A stretch of 64,000 nt of DNA from Planctomycetota bacterium (lineage in GTDB: Bacteria; Planctomycetota; Phycisphaerae; SM23-33): positions 3,501 through 67,500 of the forward strand of contig JAKPKY010000167.1 of NCBI GenBank assembly GCA_029553505.1, written 5' to 3'. The position numbers were made by a program, and so were the translations under genes. This document shows, one piece after another, positions 54,626-63,731 of the stretch. Each line of letters begins with the position of its first letter. Position 1 is the stretch's first letter. A model generated the notes under the pieces. The model had not been told where the DNA came from. It worked only from the letters and a program-made list of their open reading frames with translations, and ran no database searches.

Positions 54626-55723
54626 ATGAAGGAAACTTCGCGCAATGTCCTGGTGGGCGTGACGGTGCTGGTCGCCCTGGCCATGCTCGGCGTGATGGTG
54701 GTGGCGTTCACCGGGCTTCCGGAGATGTTCCAGCCCGGATACACGATCCGGTTCCGGGCGCCCACCACGCTCGACGCTCGCGAAGGCGATCCGGTCCACA
54801 TTTCCGGCATGCGCGTGGGGCGGATCACGAGCGTCAACTTCACCGACCCGGACAACCCGGCCGGGGGGGTGACCTTCACCGCGCGGATCCGCGGCGACCT
54901 GCGCCTGCCGGGCAACGCCCGCGTGATGTTCTTCACGCGCGGGCTGGCGGGCAACGCCTACGTCGAGATCAAGGCCGAGGGCGAACCCCAGCGCGGGCCC
55001 GACGGCAAGGCGCTGGCGTTCATCCCCACCGACGGCAGCGGGATGCTGCCTACCGTGCACATCGGCGGCGGCGCGGTGCCCCAGGAAGTCCTGGACGCCC
55101 TGCGGGACCTCAGCCAGGGCTTCCGCGAAATCGCCAAGCTGGCGCAGAACCTCAACGCGATGCTGGCCCCGCCGGAGCCCGCCTCGGCGCCGGCCACCGG
55201 CGGCGCGCCCGGAACGGAACCGGCGGCGCAGGCAGCGGGGCTGGGCGGAACCCTCGCCAAGATCGACCGCACTCTCGACGCGATCCACGCGGTGCTCGGC
55301 GACGCGGAAAACCAGGCGAACCTCAAGGCGTCGCTGGCGAACCTTTCGAAGGCGGCCGCCAGCGCCCACGAGGCGATGGGCGCGCTGAAGACCTTCGCCG
55401 ACGACGCCCGCCAGGTGACCACGCGGGCTGCGTCCGCCGCCGATGACATCTCCGAGACCGCCCTGGCAGCGCGCCAGCGGATCGACGAGCTGGCGAAGAA
55501 GCTCATCGACAACACCGAGAAGATCTCGCTGTTGCTGACGACGTTCCACCAGGCCGCCGCCAAGCTTGAAAGCGGCGACGGATCGGCCGGAAAACTCCTC
55601 AACGACCCGAAACTCTACAACAACCTCGTGGAGGCCTCTCAGCAGATGACCGGGCTGATGAAGGACTTCCGGGCGCTGGTGGACGAGTGGAAGAAATCGG
55701 GCGTGCAGATCAAAGTCAAATGA
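54626..55723 (+). CDS. MCE/MlaD-family protein with a long helical C-terminal extension
   Basis: N-terminal TM (VLVGVTVLVALAMLGVMVVAF), MCE core (GDPVHISGMRVGRITSVNF), then ~230 aa of Ala/Leu-rich helical sequence. Confidence 0.75.
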   Translation: MKETSRNVLVGVTVLVALAMLGVMVVAFTGLPEMFQPGYTIRFRAPTTLDAREGDPVHISGMRVGRITSVNFTDPDNPAGGVTFTARIRGDLRLPGNARVMFFTRGLAGNAYVEIKAEGEPQRGPDGKALAFIPTDGSGMLPTVHIGGGAVPQEVLDALRDLSQGFREIAKLAQNLNAMLAPPEPASAPATGGAPGTEPAAQAAGLGGTLAKIDRTLDAIHAVLGDAENQANLKASLANLSKAAASAHEAMGALKTFADDARQVTTRAASAADDISETALAARQRIDELAKKLIDNTEKISLLLTTFHQAAAKLESGDGSAGKLLNDPKLYNNLVEASQQMTGLMKDFRALVDEWKKSGVQIKVK

Positions 55724-55769
55724 CTTTGAGCCTAGGCTCTCACCCGGGCAAGTCGCTATACTTCCGCTC

Positions 55770-58037
55770 GTGAGAGTCGGATCGAACATCGTGTCCTTGC
55801 GCTGGGTGACCGTCGCGGCGTGGTTCGCGGCGGCCGCGGCGCTCATCGCTTTCGCGCCGCGCGAACCGCAGGGCGAGGAGCCCGAAAGCTTCCTGCCCGA
55901 CGACGCGCCGGTCCGTCGGGCGCAGGCGCTGCTCCGCCAGGCTTTCCCCCAGCGCAGCGGGTTGAGCGAAGCCGCTGTGGTCTTCGAGCGCCATGGGCGG
56001 GCACTGGATACGGACGACCTGGGCGCCATCGAGCGGTTCGCCGACCGTCTGCGCGCCCAGGCCGGCGCGGAGCGCGAAGGCGGCACGCTGGCCGGCGTGA
56101 CCGTGCGATCGCCCGCAAGCGTCGCCGTGCCGAAAATTCCCCTCGTGGGCCTCGATACCGTGCCCAACCCGCTGGTCAGCCCCGCCTCGGATCGCGGGCA
56201 GGCGGCGCTGGTGGTCGTTTCCGTGCCGTCGAACTTCATCACGCGGCGTTCCGACCGCGTGGTCAAGCACGTGCGGGAAATGCTCGCCCGCCTGCGCGAC
56301 GACGAGCAACTGCCCGCCGGGCTCGACGTCGCCGTCACCGGGCCCAGCGGATACGGAAGCGATTACGCCCTGGCGGCCAATCGCAGCCACGAGCAGACCT
56401 TCCGCGTCACCGTCGTCGCCGTGCTGGTCATCCTCCTGCTGGTCCACCGCGCGCCGCTGGCGGCGCTGGTGCCCCTGACGGCCATCAGCCTGGCCGCCGT
56501 GGCGGCGCTGAAACTGCTGAACATCCTGACATTGTTCGGAATGCAGTTCGGCACGGCCGAGATCATCTTCGTCGTCGTCCTGCTCTATGGTGCGGGGACG
56601 GACTACTCGCTGCTGCTGATCAGCCGCTACCGCGAGCAACTCGACGCAGGCGCGCCGGGCGCGCAGGCGGTCGCCGAGGCCATCGACGCGACGCTGCCGG
56701 CGATTCTCGCCTCGGCCGGGACGGACGCCGCCGGGCTGTTGACCCTCGTGTTCGCCTCGTTCGGAATCTTCCGCACGACAGGCCCCGCCGTGGCGCTCGC
56801 CCTGACGATCGCGTTCCTGGCGTCGGTGACGCTGGTGCCGGCATTCCTGAGCCTGCTGGGCCCGCGCGTGTTCTGGCCGGGGCGGCGCGGGCAGCGCCCC
56901 GCGCGGGTCAGCCGGTTCTGGCCGAAACTCGCCGGCGCGGTCACCGCGCGCCCGGGCGTGGTGTTCGTGGCGACGCTGGCGCTGCTGGCCGTGCCCGCGA
57001 TCCGGGCGGTCAAGCTGCCGTGGGTCTACGACACGCTCGCGTCGCTGAAAAGCTCCTACGGGGCCGCGCGCGGCGCGGAGATGGCCCGTCGCCACTGGCC
57101 GATCGGGGAGATCGCGCCGGTGGTGGTCATCGCCCACAGCGACGCGACGCTGGACGCACCCGCCTGGCGCGAGCTGTCCGACCGCCTGACGCGCGCCGCG
57201 AGCAGCGCCGCCGGCGTGACGAACGTTCGCAGCCTGACCCAGCCGTTCGGCAAGGGCGTCTCTCCGGCGGCCAATGCCGCCGTCGCCGCGTTCGCCTCCG
57301 GAAAGGTCAATGGCGAATATCTCAGTGCCGACCGGCGGACGATGCGCCTCCAGGCCGTCCTGGACGGACCGCCGCTGACGCTGGAGTCGATGGACGCCGT
57401 GCGCCGCATCGCCCAGGCCGCCCGCGACGCCCTGCCGGCATCGCAGGCGAAGCACGTGACGATCCAACTGGCCGGCGCGACGGCGGAAATCCTCGACGTC
57501 CGCGAAGTCACCCAGCGCGACTTCTACCTGGTCGCCGCCCTGTCGCTGGCGATCATCCTGTCCATCGTCCTGGCGCTGCTGCGGGACGTGATCCTGACGA
57601 CCTTCATGGTCGCCTCGACCGCGCTGAGCTACCTGGCGGCGCTCGGGGTGGCGTACTGGGTGTTCGCCGGCTGGCTGGGCGAGCCCGGGCTGGACTGGAA
57701 GGTCGAGGTCTTCCTGTTCGTGGTGATGATCGCGGTGGGGGTGGACTACAACATTTTCCTGGCCGCCCGCCTGGGTCAGGAGGCCGCCGGGGGCGACAAG
57801 CTCCGCGCCGTCCGCCAGGCGGTCATCCACACCGGTCCGGTGATCTCCTCGTGCGGGATCATCATGGCCGCCACGCTGGGCAGCCTGATGGCGGGCGACC
57901 TGAAGCTCCTTCAGCAACTGGGGTTCGCGTTCGCCGTGGGGATGCTCATCGACACGTTCGTGGTCCGCCCGCTGCTGCTTCCGGCGTTCATCGCGATGAC
58001 GGGGCGCATCGGGCGCGTGTCGGGGCTCTCACACTGA
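55770..58037 (+). CDS. MMPL-family (RND superfamily) membrane transporter
   Basis: Two homologous halves, each with an MMPL block (GAGTDYSLLLISRYRE and VGVDYNIFLAARL). About 12 TM segments. GTG start. Confidence 0.8.
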   Translation: MRVGSNIVSLRWVTVAAWFAAAAALIAFAPREPQGEEPESFLPDDAPVRRAQALLRQAFPQRSGLSEAAVVFERHGRALDTDDLGAIERFADRLRAQAGAEREGGTLAGVTVRSPASVAVPKIPLVGLDTVPNPLVSPASDRGQAALVVVSVPSNFITRRSDRVVKHVREMLARLRDDEQLPAGLDVAVTGPSGYGSDYALAANRSHEQTFRVTVVAVLVILLLVHRAPLAALVPLTAISLAAVAALKLLNILTLFGMQFGTAEIIFVVVLLYGAGTDYSLLLISRYREQLDAGAPGAQAVAEAIDATLPAILASAGTDAAGLLTLVFASFGIFRTTGPAVALALTIAFLASVTLVPAFLSLLGPRVFWPGRRGQRPARVSRFWPKLAGAVTARPGVVFVATLALLAVPAIRAVKLPWVYDTLASLKSSYGAARGAEMARRHWPIGEIAPVVVIAHSDATLDAPAWRELSDRLTRAASSAAGVTNVRSLTQPFGKGVSPAANAAVAAFASGKVNGEYLSADRRTMRLQAVLDGPPLTLESMDAVRRIAQAARDALPASQAKHVTIQLAGATAEILDVREVTQRDFYLVAALSLAIILSIVLALLRDVILTTFMVASTALSYLAALGVAYWVFAGWLGEPGLDWKVEVFLFVVMIAVGVDYNIFLAARLGQEAAGGDKLRAVRQAVIHTGPVISSCGIIMAATLGSLMAGDLKLLQQLGFAFAVGMLIDTFVVRPLLLPAFIAMTGRIGRVSGLSH

Positions 58038-58130
58038 CACGCCGCGGCGATTGACTGCCCGCCCCGCGGGCGGTAGGCTACCCGATTGCACAGACTGCGC
58101 GCCGCTGCGCGCGGAAACAGGAACCGAGTC

Positions 58131-59084
58131 ATGCGCAAGACAATCCTCCTATTGGCCCTGCTGGCCGGCGCGTCAGTCGCGCGGGCCCAGACCGCCGCCG
58201 CGCCGCCGGCTGCCACCCAGCCCGCGGCGGAGAGCGCCGTCATGGCCCGCGTCAACGGCAAGGTCATCCCCATGACCGAGCTGACCGACCTGCTGATTCG
58301 CGGGTACGGCCTGCCGCTGGCGGAACACCTGATCGCCAACGAGCTGGTGCGCCAGGCAGCCGCCGAAAAGGGCATCAAGGTCACGCCGGCAGAGGTCGAG
58401 GCCGAGCATCAGCGCACCCTCGCCAAAGGCTTCGGCGGACTCGAGGACGCCAAGCAGCGCGAACAGGCGCTCCAGCAGTACCTCGAGCAGCGCGGGCTGA
58501 GCCGCCGCCAATGGGACATGACCATGTGGCGCAACGCCGCCCTGCGCCGACTGGCCGAGGGACGCGTCCAGGTCACCGACGAGATGCTCCGCGCGGAGTT
58601 CGGAAACCGCTACGGGCGGCAGGTGGAGGTCAGCCACATCCAGACCGCCACGCTGGCCGACGCGCGGGCCGCGCTGAAGCTGCTGGCGGAGGGGCAGGAC
58701 TTCGCCGCCGTCGCGCGGAAGCTCTCGCTGCACCCGTCGGCGCAGAACGGTGGAAAACTGCCCGCCATCGGCGCCGCCACGCCGGTGCCCGTTCCGGGCA
58801 TCCGCGAGGCCGCGCTGGCGCTCAAGAAGGTCGGCGACGTCTCCGAGCCCGTCCAGGCGGGCACGACCTTCCACATCCTCCGGCTGGACCACATCATCGA
58901 GCCGAAGGACGCGAAGTTCGAGGACGTCAAGGACGCCCTGGCGACCGAGCTGCGCGACCGCCAGATCCAGGCGCTCCAGCAGCAGATTCTCATGGACATG
59001 ATCCGCGACGCGCAGGCGAGCGGAAAAATCGAATACGTCAATCCCATTCTGAAGGCCCAGGCCGAAGAAAGGTCCAAGCCGTGA
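58131..59084 (+). CDS. secreted parvulin-type peptidyl-prolyl isomerase (SurA/PpiC-like)
   Basis: Signal peptide MRKTILLLALLAGASVARA. Parvulin block VSHIQ...GQDFAAVARKLSLHPSAQNGGKL...VSEPVQAGTTFHILR. Confidence 0.7.
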   Translation: MRKTILLLALLAGASVARAQTAAAPPAATQPAAESAVMARVNGKVIPMTELTDLLIRGYGLPLAEHLIANELVRQAAAEKGIKVTPAEVEAEHQRTLAKGFGGLEDAKQREQALQQYLEQRGLSRRQWDMTMWRNAALRRLAEGRVQVTDEMLRAEFGNRYGRQVEVSHIQTATLADARAALKLLAEGQDFAAVARKLSLHPSAQNGGKLPAIGAATPVPVPGIREAALALKKVGDVSEPVQAGTTFHILRLDHIIEPKDAKFEDVKDALATELRDRQIQALQQQILMDMIRDAQASGKIEYVNPILKAQAEERSKP

Positions 59085-60334
59085 CTACCGGTTCCGAATT
59101 TTCCGTCGAGGTCTCGTCGCGCATCCGGCGACTCCCGCCATACCTGTTCGGGCAGTTGAACAAGATGAAGATGGAGAAGCGCCGCCAGGGCGTGGACATC
59201 ATCGACCTGGGCATGGGCAACCCCACCGACCCGCCGCCGCGCGCGGTCGTCGAGAAGCTCTGCGAGGTGGTGCAGGATCCCCGCGTGCACGGGTACAGCC
59301 AGTCCATCGGCATCCCCCACCTGCGCCGCGAGGTGGCGAGGCTCTACGAGCGCCAGTTCGGCGTGACGCTCGATCCGGAGACCGAGGTCATCGCGACCAT
59401 CGGCTCGAAGGAAGGCTTCTCGCACATGTGCCTGGCGCTGATCAGCCCGGGCGACACGGCCATCGTGGGCGACCCCTACTTCCCCATCCACGTCTACGGC
59501 GTGGCGCTGGCGGGCGGGAACGTCATCAACGTGCCCCTGGGCAATGACCAGGCGTTCCTGCGGCGGATCGCCTACGTCGTCGAGCACCTGTACCCCAAGC
59601 CCAAGCTGCTGATCCTGAACTACCCGCACAACCCGACGGCCATGACCGTCGACGACGTGAGCTTCTTCGAGCAGGTCGTGCAGCTCGCCCGCAAGGAGAA
59701 GATCCTGGTGATCCACGATTTCGCCTACGGGCGGACGGCGTTCGACGGGTACAAGCCGCCGTCGTTCCTCCAGGCGCCCGGCGCGAAGGACGTGGGCGTG
59801 GAGTTCTGCACCATGTCCAAGCCGTACAACATGGCCGGGTGGCGCATCGGCTTCTGCGTGGGCAACCGCGAGATGATCAAGGCCCTCGCGACGATCAAGG
59901 GGTACTACGATTACGGCATCTTCACGGCCGTGCAGGTCGCCAGCATCGTCGCCATGCGCAACGGGGAGATCGACGTCGCCCACCAGTCGGAAATCTACCA
60001 GAAGCGGCGCGACATCGTGGTGGAAGGCCTGCGGAAGATCGGCTGGGAAGTCGAGAGCCCCCGCGCGAGCATGTTCGTGTGGGCGAAGGTTTCGGAGCAG
60101 CACCTGGCCGGGCAGGGAACCATCGACTTCTGCCTGCGCCTGATGGACGAGGCGGAAGTCGCCATCGCCCCGGGCCGCGCGTTCGGCGAGAACGGGGAGA
60201 AGTACGTCCGCATCGCCATCGTGGAAAACGAGCAGCGCCTCCGCCAGGCGATGCGCAACATCGACGGCGCGCTGAACAAGGGCATCAAGGCCCCCACCGC
60301 CACCAAGCTCAAACGCAAGGCCGGCAAGGAATGA
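59081..60334 (+). CDS. class I/II PLP-dependent aminotransferase
   Basis: RLPPYLFGQLNKMK N terminus, NYPHNPT, and the PLP-lysine block SKPYNMAGWRIGF. The GTG start overlaps the PPIase stop (GTGA). Confidence 0.85.
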   Translation: MTTGSEFSVEVSSRIRRLPPYLFGQLNKMKMEKRRQGVDIIDLGMGNPTDPPPRAVVEKLCEVVQDPRVHGYSQSIGIPHLRREVARLYERQFGVTLDPETEVIATIGSKEGFSHMCLALISPGDTAIVGDPYFPIHVYGVALAGGNVINVPLGNDQAFLRRIAYVVEHLYPKPKLLILNYPHNPTAMTVDDVSFFEQVVQLARKEKILVIHDFAYGRTAFDGYKPPSFLQAPGAKDVGVEFCTMSKPYNMAGWRIGFCVGNREMIKALATIKGYYDYGIFTAVQVASIVAMRNGEIDVAHQSEIYQKRRDIVVEGLRKIGWEVESPRASMFVWAKVSEQHLAGQGTIDFCLRLMDEAEVAIAPGRAFGENGEKYVRIAIVENEQRLRQAMRNIDGALNKGIKAPTATKLKRKAGKE

Positions 60335-60339
60335 AACCC

Positions 60340-60355
60340 ATCGTCAATTGACGAT
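60340..60355. other. perfect 16-bp palindrome ATCGTCAATTGACGAT
   Basis: It starts 6 nt after the aminotransferase stop codon. There is no loop, so it fits a dimer-binding site better than a terminator. Confidence 0.5.
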
Positions 60356-60367
60356 TGCTCGGGGTGT

Positions 60368-60457
60368 CGCGCGAAGTTCGTAGTGACGCCCTAAGGCGTA
60401 TTTTTCTCATGCCCTGACGGGCACACTACGAACCGCGTGCGCGGCTGCGCCGCGCAC
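60368..60457. other. multi-hairpin structured intergenic element between the convergent aminotransferase and queD genes
   Basis: The outer stem CGCG-AA-GTTCGTAGTG (60370-60385) pairs with CACTACGAAC-CGCG (60424-60437). It encloses the hairpins ACGCC-CTAA-GGCGT (followed by ATTTTTCTC) and GCCC-TGAC-GGGC. A perfect 9-bp hairpin, GTGCGCGGC-TGC-GCCGCGCAC (60437-60457), follows. Confidence 0.6.
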
Positions 60458-60497
60458 CCTGCCCACTCGAAGAGGACGCCTGTCGTGCGAGGAAAAA

Positions 60498-60860
60498 CTA
60501 CGTTCCGCGGTAGACGCAGCGGGAGGTTTCGGATTCCCAGATCGTCACGGCCGAGAGCCCGGGAACTTCCTGCGCGATGCGGTCCCAGAGATATTTGGCG
60601 AGGATTTCGCTGGTGGAGTTTTCCAGCCCGGGGATCTCGTTGAGGTAGCGGTGGTCGATCCGGTCGAGCACGGCCTGCACCGCCCGCTTGATCTGGGCGA
60701 AGTCCATGACCCAGCCGAGGCGCTCGTCCACCGGGCCGGTGACGTGGATGTCGACGCGGTAGCTGTGCCCGTGCATCCGCCGGCACTTGTGGTCGGGCGG
60801 GAGATTGGGCAGCGCGTGGGCGGCGTCGAAGCGGAATGTCGTGATCAGTTCGGCCTGCAT
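60498..60860 (-). CDS. queD: 6-carboxy-5,6,7,8-tetrahydropterin synthase
   Basis: FRFDAAHALP, CRRMHGHSYRV, GWVMDFAQIK signatures; 120 aa. Confidence 0.9.
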   Translation of the reverse strand: MQAELITTFRFDAAHALPNLPPDHKCRRMHGHSYRVDIHVTGPVDERLGWVMDFAQIKRAVQAVLDRIDHRYLNEIPGLENSTSEILAKYLWDRIAQEVPGLSAVTIWESETSRCVYRGT

Positions 60861-60886
60861 GGCAAATCTTCCTGAAACGCGATTCG

Positions 60887-61534
60887 TCAGACTCCCCGGT
60901 CCTTGTCCGGCCAGAGGATTTTATGCAGTTGGAGCCCCAGCCGCACGCGCAAACCGTCGGCGAGGATCCACTCCGCCAGTTGTGCGGGGTCGAGCTCTCC
61001 AGCGACGGGCGAGAACGTGACGGCCAGCCGGTCGCACAGGCCGCGCTCGGCGCAGACGCGGCGGGCGTGCTCGTAGTCCTCGCGCCCGGCGAGGACGAAC
61101 TTCACCTCGTCGCCGGCGGACAGGCGGGCGAGGTTCTCCCAGCGCGTCGAGGCGCTGGCGCCGCTGGAGGGGCACTTGACGTCCATGATCTTGACGACGC
61201 GCGCGTCGACGCCGGCTAGGTCCACCGAGCCGTTGGTCTCCAGGAGCGTCTCGTAGCCGGCGTCGCACAGGGCGCGGAGCAGCGCGGGCGTGCCCGGCTG
61301 GACCAGCGGCTCGCCGCCGGTAACTTCCACCATCGCCGTGGCGTACCGCGCCACCTCGGCGAGCACCTGCGTGACGGTCCGCTCCTCGCCGCCGTCGCGC
61401 GCGTAAGGGGTGTCGCACCAGCGGCAGCGCAGGTTGCACCCGGCCAGGCGCACCAGGACGCAAGGCCAGCCGGTGCGCGTGCCTTCGCCCTGGAGGCTGC
61501 GGAAGATCTCGCTGACGCGGACGGTCTCGCTCAT
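60887..61534 (-). CDS. queE: 7-carboxy-7-deazaguanine synthase (radical SAM)
   Basis: EIFRSLQGEG and the cluster motif CNLRCRWCDT. An alternative ATG is at 61543. Confidence 0.85.
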   Translation of the reverse strand: MSETVRVSEIFRSLQGEGTRTGWPCVLVRLAGCNLRCRWCDTPYARDGGEERTVTQVLAEVARYATAMVEVTGGEPLVQPGTPALLRALCDAGYETLLETNGSVDLAGVDARVVKIMDVKCPSSGASASTRWENLARLSAGDEVKFVLAGREDYEHARRVCAERGLCDRLAVTFSPVAGELDPAQLAEWILADGLRVRLGLQLHKILWPDKDRGV

Positions 61535-61594
61535 GCCCGTCATTGTATCGGGAATCGCGCCCGATGGCTGGCCTGCGGCGCGGAAAAAGGCATA

Positions 61595-62947
61595 ATGGCG
61601 TCGGAAAAGGAATCGCCCATGCAGACAAAGTCCCTGGGAATCATCCTCGTGCTCGGCGCGGCGCTGCGGTTTGGGCTTCTGGCGGCCGGGGCGGTGCACG
61701 GATCGGAGAACCTGTTCACTCCGGACACGGCCGGGTACGTGGAACTGGCGCAGTCGCTGGCGCGCGACGGGACGTTCGAGCGGGACGCCCAGCCGGAGCT
61801 GTTTCGCACGCCGGGGTACCCGATTCTGCTGCTTTTCGGGAGCATTTTCGGTCCTTATTGGGCCTTTTCCGTGGCGGCTGCGCAGGTTTTTCTGGACATT
61901 TTGCTGGTGTATTTGACCTATCTGCTGGCGAGCCTGCTGTGCGGCCGGCGGGCGGCGATCTGGGCGGCGCTGTTCCAGGCGGTCTCGCCGCTGGCGGTGG
62001 CGGCAAGCTGCCGGATTCTCACCGACGCGCCGTTCGCGCTGCTCTGGACGCTGTCGTTACTCCTTGCGGCGCATCACTTTCGCAGCGGGGCGTGGTGGTC
62101 GCTGCTGTCGGCGGCGGCGGTGGCCGGCGCAGCGTGCTACCTGCGCCCGGCGGGAATCCTCTACGCCGGCGCCCTCGGCGTGGTGCTGCTGTTCCGCGCC
62201 CGGCGGTTCGCGCGGGCGGCGGCATTCGCGGCCGTCATCGGCGCGATGCTGGCGCCGTGGGTCATCCGCAATGCCGTGGTAGCCGACTACTGGGGATTCT
62301 CCAACCTGCCCGACGACGTGGCGTTCGGCTACCAGGCCCCGGCTGTGCTGGCGGCGCTGGACGGCACGAACCTGGAGGTCGGCCGGCGCGAGATGGAACA
62401 GCGCCTCGCGCGCGAGCTTCCGCCGGGGCCGATCTCCGCGGGCGAGCTGTCGCGCCGCAAGGGCGATCTGTCGCGCCGCGTGGTGCGCGAGCATCCGTGG
62501 ACGTACCTGAAGCTCCACCTGCGCGGCGACCTGGCCGTGTGGATGCCCGCCGCCACGGACGTCGCGGAGATCGCCGGCCTGACGTCGGGCAATCGCGGCA
62601 CGATGGAGGTGCTGCACGCACAAGGCCCGCTGGCGGCGGCGCGGCACTACTTCGGCGGGCGGACGTGGGCGCTCTGGCTGTGCGCGCCGCTGGTGCTGTT
62701 GGCGGCCGTCAAGCTATTGCTGGCGCTGGCCGGGGCGGTGCGGATCGCCCGCGCGGGCCCGCAGGCGGTGCACTGGGCGATGGCGCTGGCGATCCTCGTC
62801 GCGTCGCTGATTCCCGGCCCGGCGGGGCATCCGCGGTTCCGTGTGCCCGTCGAACCGCTGCTGAGCCTTCTGGCGGGCGTGGCCGTCGCGGCGATGCTCG
62901 ACCGCCGCGCGCGGCGTCAGGCCTGCCCCACCATCACCACCGACTGA
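61595..62947 (+). CDS. GT39/PMT_2-like membrane glycosyltransferase
   Basis: LGAALRFGLL...PDTAGYVELAQSLARDGTFE...FRTPGYPILLLF is a typical N-terminal pattern of ArnT/PMT_2-like proteins. Multi-pass. An alternative start is at 61619 (AAAGGAA 8 nt upstream). Confidence 0.6.
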   Translation: MASEKESPMQTKSLGIILVLGAALRFGLLAAGAVHGSENLFTPDTAGYVELAQSLARDGTFERDAQPELFRTPGYPILLLFGSIFGPYWAFSVAAAQVFLDILLVYLTYLLASLLCGRRAAIWAALFQAVSPLAVAASCRILTDAPFALLWTLSLLLAAHHFRSGAWWSLLSAAAVAGAACYLRPAGILYAGALGVVLLFRARRFARAAAFAAVIGAMLAPWVIRNAVVADYWGFSNLPDDVAFGYQAPAVLAALDGTNLEVGRREMEQRLARELPPGPISAGELSRRKGDLSRRVVREHPWTYLKLHLRGDLAVWMPAATDVAEIAGLTSGNRGTMEVLHAQGPLAAARHYFGGRTWALWLCAPLVLLAAVKLLLALAGAVRIARAGPQAVHWAMALAILVASLIPGPAGHPRFRVPVEPLLSLLAGVAVAAMLDRRARRQACPTITTD

Positions 62948-63675
62948 CCAATCAGCGGCGGCACGAGACGCTCCCACGCCGCCAGGAACGGAACCATGCG
63001 GTCGAACAGGCGCGTCGCGCCGGGGGTGACCCCCGTCCTGCCGCGAACCCGCCCCTGCCACCACCACCCCAGCATGCCCAGGGCGTTGAGGTATCGCGCG
63101 GAGACGGGCCGCAGACCCGCCTGGCGGAAGGCGCCCCCCAGCGACCGCCGGGTGTACCGGCGCACGTGCCCCAGCGCGCGGTCCATCTGCCCGTACAGGA
63201 ATCGCAGCGCCGGCACGAGCACGATGACGCGCCCGCCCGGCGCCAGCAGCTCTCGCATCCGGCGCAGCGCGCCCACGTCATCTTCGATGTGCTCCAGCAC
63301 GTTCAGGCATACCACCGTGTCATACTGCCCTGCCGGAACTTCCGGACCGGGGCACTGCTCGATCGCCCCCTGCACCACGCGCACGTTCCGGTGCGCGGCG
63401 AACCGGTTGCGAAGGTGCCGGCAGTATGGCTCGAACGGTTCGAGGCACACGATCTCGTCCACGTTCAGAAGGAACTGCGTGATATTCCCGATGCCTGAGC
63501 CCACTTCCACCACGCGCTTTCCGAGATGCTCGCGCACCTGGTCGAAGATCCAGTGGTTGTAATGGTAGACGGTGGCGAGGATTTCCAGGCCGCGCGAGAC
63601 GGCGTCGTCGGGCCGGGCGGGGATATCCACCGGCGCCAAGGGTGGCGCGGTTTCCTTGGATTGCGGTTCGGGCAT
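62917..63675 (-). CDS. class I SAM-dependent methyltransferase
   Basis: Motif I VVEVGSGIGN, LNVLEHIEDD, post-II PGGRVIVLVP. The 3' end overlaps the convergent GT gene by 31 nt. Confidence 0.8.
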   Translation of the reverse strand: MPEPQSKETAPPLAPVDIPARPDDAVSRGLEILATVYHYNHWIFDQVREHLGKRVVEVGSGIGNITQFLLNVDEIVCLEPFEPYCRHLRNRFAAHRNVRVVQGAIEQCPGPEVPAGQYDTVVCLNVLEHIEDDVGALRRMRELLAPGGRVIVLVPALRFLYGQMDRALGHVRRYTRRSLGGAFRQAGLRPVSARYLNALGMLGWWWQGRVRGRTGVTPGATRLFDRMVPFLAAWERLVPPLIGQSVVMVGQA

Positions 63676-63731
63676 AACGCGACACTCTACGCGACGGTGT
63701 GGGTGCAGGCAAGCCGTTGCCATTCCAGGCC

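Noticed and set aside
61544-61620. A preQ1 riboswitch upstream of queE-queD.
   Set aside because: The leader is at most ~75 nt and is shared with the divergent GT gene. I see no resemblance to the preQ1-I consensus (AGAGGTTC..CCCTCTATAAAAAACTAA), nor any comparable A-rich tail.
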